Below are positions 14,299-16,820 of a DNA stretch of 16,820 nucleotides, piece by piece. The notes under the pieces were generated by a model. It was given only the letters and a program-made list of their open reading frames with translations. It did not search any database and was not told the origin of the DNA. A program made the translations under genes and the position numbers. Where the stretch lies: the UHGV virus genome UHGV-0364865; one strand, written 5' to 3'. The DNA comes from a virus. The number at the start of each line of letters is the position of its first letter. Position 1 is the first letter of the stretch.

Positions 14299-14805
14299 AT
14301 GGCAAGCAGAGGCGTAAATAAGGTGATTATCCTTGGTCGGGTAGGACAAGACCCGGAAGTTCGATACTCACCATCAGGAACAGCGTTCGCTAACCTGACA
14401 ATAGCCACGTCAGAACAATGGCGAGATAAAAATACTGGCGAGCAAAAGGAATTGACTGAATGGCATCGTGTTGCTGTATCCGGGAAACTGGCTGAGGTCG
14501 TGGGGCAGTATGTGAAAAAAGGTGATCAGATTTATTTCGAGGGAATGCTGAGAACCAGAAAGTGGAAAGACCAGTCAGGGCAAGACCGTTACACAACCGA
14601 GGTTCATGTCGGAATTAATGGCGTGATGCAAATGCTTGGCAGCATTGGCGACAGCAAACAACAAGCAGCCAGCAGGCAATCACAGAAGCCACAGCAGCAA
14701 TCATCACCAGCACAACACAACGAACCTCCGATGGATTTTGACGACGATATACCCTTTGCACCAGTAACTCTCCCCTTCCCTCGTCACGCTATTCACGCAA
14801 TTTAA
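14299..14805 (+). CDS. ssb: Single-stranded DNA-binding protein (SSB) with a C-terminal extension
   Basis: 168-aa ORF; N-terminal OB-fold region close to E. coli SSB ([18 protein letters not shown]....TEWHRV..GKLAEV...[18 protein letters not shown]); the canonical tail [11 protein letters not shown] is present but followed by 15 more residues ([15 protein letters not shown]) before the stop. Confidence 0.9.
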   Translation: MASRGVNKVIILGRVGQDPEVRYSPSGTAFANLTIATSEQWRDKNTGEQKELTEWHRVAVSGKLAEVVGQYVKKGDQIYFEGMLRTRKWKDQSGQDRYTTEVHVGINGVMQMLGSIGDSKQQAASRQSQKPQQQSSPAQHNEPPMDFDDDIPFAPVTLPFPRHAIHAI

Positions 14806-14818
14806 TCAGGAGAAAATC

Positions 14819-15115
14819 ATGCCAGCGCCTCAGTATGGTGCGGATGACCCGCGCCGCTGTTCCGGTAATTCCGTATCGGAGGTGCTGGATAAATTCAGGA
14901 AAAACTACGACCGGATAATGTCGCTACCGCAGGAAACGAAAGAGGAAAAGGAATTTCGCCATTGTATATGGCTTGCAGAGAAAGAAGAACGCGAGCGAAT
15001 TTACCAGACATCAATCCGACCATTCCGCAAAGCCACATATACCAACTTCCCTGAATATATCGACCCGCGCCTGCGTAATTACCGCTCACGCTATGGCGCT
15101 ATCAGTAATGACTGA
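14819..15115 (+). CDS. Hypothetical protein
   Basis: 98-aa ORF with SD AGGAGA upstream. Confidence 0.5.
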   Translation: MPAPQYGADDPRRCSGNSVSEVLDKFRKNYDRIMSLPQETKEEKEFRHCIWLAEKEERERIYQTSIRPFRKATYTNFPEYIDPRLRNYRSRYGAISND

Positions 15116-15125
15116 GGAATTTACC

Positions 15126-15293
15126 ATGAGAGGACTTGCATACAATCCCGGCATTCTTCCGGCAGAAATGATTATTCGCCAACGCGTAAAGCCAATGCCA
15201 TCGAGAGAGGAATTGCTTAAGAGAAAGAGTTTCGGTTCTGTTAACGACAACAGATATCTGAATGCGACGTGGCGCAAAGGAGGCAACCAGTGA
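15126..15293 (+). CDS. Hypothetical small protein (55 aa)
   Basis: Start placed at the ATG at 15126, preceded by SD GAGGAA; the tracked 106-aa ORF would overlap the upstream gene by about 140 nt. Confidence 0.4.
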   Translation: MRGLAYNPGILPAEMIIRQRVKPMPSREELLKRKSFGSVNDNRYLNATWRKGGNQ

Positions 15294-15544
15294 GTAATTC
15301 AGCACGACTACAGCTTGGTTTTTCACCGCTATCAAAAACTATCATGCTGGCAAAAATGCGCGATGTTGAAGGTGGACGTATGCGCGTTGGCAATGATCCA
15401 GGTCGTGATGTTACCAATGAGGCTGCTCAATTGGTGTGGCGACTGGTCATGGCTGAAGGTGGTGAGATCGCGTGGGAGCTGGATGATGGTTCTCGCATGG
15501 TGTTGAAGGCAGAAAAGCAGGAGGCAACCAGTGAGCAAGATTGA
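15290..15544 (+). CDS. Hypothetical protein (84 aa, GTG start)
   Basis: GTG at 15290 preceded by AAGGAGG with a 6-nt spacer and overlapping the upstream stop (GTGA). Confidence 0.45.
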   Translation: MSNSARLQLGFSPLSKTIMLAKMRDVEGGRMRVGNDPGRDVTNEAAQLVWRLVMAEGGEIAWELDDGSRMVLKAEKQEATSEQD

Positions 15545-16349
15545 CTATCAGGCACTGCGTGCCAAGGCAGAAAAAGCAACGTGTGGTGTATGGTCGCTCG
15601 AATATGGAGAGAGCCGATTTGATTGTGATGATGCGCTAATTCATCGTGACGTTGTTGGATATCTTCCCATTTGCAGAATTGAAGGAGCGCATCCTGAAAG
15701 CGGTTTCGATGAAGATTTCCAAATGGAACAGCAGGCCAATGCTGAATTCATCGCCGCAGCTAATCCGGCTACCGTCTTGGCATTACTGGATGAACGGGAA
15801 AGAAACCAGCAATACATCAAACGCCGCGACCAGGAGAACGAGGATATTGCGCTAACGGTAGGGAAGCTGCGCGTTGAGCTGGAAGGCAAAGACAGCAAAA
15901 TAGCCAATCTTACCGCCGAACGCGATGCTCTTCGTGAAGGTGAGATGGGCGACGCTAGGCATAGCAACACACGGGCCGCAGCTGATATCTACTTCCAACT
16001 GGTCGAGGAGTGCGAAATTCCTGCTGGCGGTTCTCTGGTCGAGTACGTTGACGATATGCGAGAGAAGCTGGAAGCCTCAGAGAAGCGCATTGCAGAACTG
16101 AAAAGCAACGAAGTCCGTGAAGTCGGAAATCAGTTTCTTGTTGTTCGCCATCCTGGGAAAACTCCTGTCATCAAGCACTGCACTGGTGACCTGGAAGAGT
16201 TTCTGCGGAAGTTAATCGAACAAGACCCGTTAGTAACTATCGACATCATTACGCATCGCTATTACGGGATTGGCGGTCAATGGGTTCAGGATGCAGTTGA
16301 GTATCTGCATATGATGTCTGACGCTGGCATTCGCATCAAAGGAGAGTGA
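15531..16349 (+). CDS. ead/Ea22-like protein
   Basis: 272-aa ORF with a GTG start preceded by the same AGGAGGCAACCA cassette; N-terminal domain (ALRAKAEKATCGVW...AEFIAAANPATVLALL) of the ead/Ea22 type, followed by a coiled-coil-like middle region; family assignment from memory. Confidence 0.5.
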   Translation: MSKIDYQALRAKAEKATCGVWSLEYGESRFDCDDALIHRDVVGYLPICRIEGAHPESGFDEDFQMEQQANAEFIAAANPATVLALLDERERNQQYIKRRDQENEDIALTVGKLRVELEGKDSKIANLTAERDALREGEMGDARHSNTRAAADIYFQLVEECEIPAGGSLVEYVDDMREKLEASEKRIAELKSNEVREVGNQFLVVRHPGKTPVIKHCTGDLEEFLRKLIEQDPLVTIDIITHRYYGIGGQWVQDAVEYLHMMSDAGIRIKGE

Positions 16350-16350
16350 C

Positions 16351-16820
16351 ATGACCACTTTTACCGACAAAGAACTGATTAAAGAAATCAAAGAGCGAAT
16401 CGGCAGCCTGGACGTGCGAGACAATATTGAGCGCCGTGCTTATGAACTTGCTCTGGCATCGCTGGAAGCAGAGCCGGTGGCGTGGATGCGTGATGACGCA
16501 GATGGTCGTGAGTATAACGCTCGCAATGAATTTTCTGGTGGAGGGGGAGGAGTTCCACTCTACGCCACCCCTCCAGCGCCAGTAGTACCGGAAGAAAAAC
16601 CAATTCCTAATCCTCTTAGCATGTACGCGGTTGATGCGGTTGCCGCTATTGCAGAGGTAAGAGGCTGGAACGCCTGCCGCGCTGCCATGCTTCATAGTGC
16701 CGAACCTGCAAGTAATCATGAAGAGTTGCCGCTTGATTATCTCCAAGGTCAAAAAGATGGTCTTGAATGGGCTGCGCAGCTTGCAGAAGCAAATCACCCA
16801 CAAACTGGCGACTGGCTTTA
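16351..16820 (+). CDS. Hypothetical protein, truncated at the 3' window edge
   Basis: ATG at 16351 with SD AAAGGAGAG; open frame (MTTFTDKELIKEIKERIGSLDVRD...) runs to the end of the window without a stop; contains a GGGGG linker. Confidence 0.5.
   Translation, partial: MTTFTDKELIKEIKERIGSLDVRDNIERRAYELALASLEAEPVAWMRDDADGREYNARNEFSGGGGGVPLYATPPAPVVPEEKPIPNPLSMYAVDAVAAIAEVRGWNACRAAMLHSAEPASNHEELPLDYLQGQKDGLEWAAQLAEANHPQTGDWL

Larger units (their letters stand above)
1..16820. mobile_element. Segment of a lambdoid temperate phage/prophage (late lysis genes through early-left operon), inverted relative to the lambda map
   Basis: Ordered, colinear set of recognisable lambdoid genes (Rz/Rz1, R, S, Q, nin genes, O-like, cII, cro, cI, N, cIII, kil, ssb) with lambda-like regulatory sites in the expected intergenic positions. 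Confidence 0.9.

Noticed and set aside
14973-15125. N-terminal extension of the ORF at 15126-15293 (106-aa form)
   Set aside because: Would overlap the preceding gene by about 140 nt in another frame; the ATG at 15126 has a proper SD.
16336-16803. 155-aa minus-strand ORF (and nested 71-aa ORF) at the right end
   Set aside because: Antisense to an uninterrupted plus-strand gene that follows the operon's coupling pattern; no SD or motif support.
1-16820. tRNA or rRNA genes
   Set aside because: No cloverleaf-like or rRNA-like sequence was recognised by eye in the non-coding gaps; a dedicated tRNA scan would be needed for certainty.

Overview
This 16.8 kb window is a contiguous segment of a lambdoid temperate phage or prophage from an enterobacterial host, lying inverted relative to the conventional lambda map. 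Reading left to right: a lysis cassette on the minus strand (Rz with embedded Rz1, endolysin R, holin S), the late regulatory region (tR', 6S RNA, pR'/qut) and antiterminator Q; a tightly coupled nin region (NinH, RusA, YbcO-like, Rha/KilAC antirepressor, NinF, NinE, Dam-type methyltransferase, NinB-like); a tR2-like terminator; a P22-type replication module (DnaB-like helicase, O-like initiator with internal iterons); cII, nutR, cro, the divergent operator region and a LexA-like cI repressor; then on the plus strand a cI terminator, pL, nutL, an N antiterminator and an early-left operon (small accessory ORFs, tL1-like terminator, two unknown ORFs including a 322-aa highly charged helical protein, cIII, kil, a Rad52-like annealing protein, SSB, an Ea22-like protein and a gene truncated at the window edge). 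The late module (Q, pR', S, R) looks near-identical to lambda by my recollection, while immunity, replication and early-left genes are a different mosaic. No tRNA, rRNA or CRISPR array was found. I cannot name a single proven novel system. The best candidates for follow-up are the SSB whose conserved DFDDDIPF tip is followed by 15 extra residues, the unknown ORF pair at 11672-13043, the repeated ead/Ea22-type domain, and a 17-nt RBS/start cassette repeated at two gene junctions. All homology statements are from memory of reference proteins and from motifs read in the supplied translations; no database search was run.
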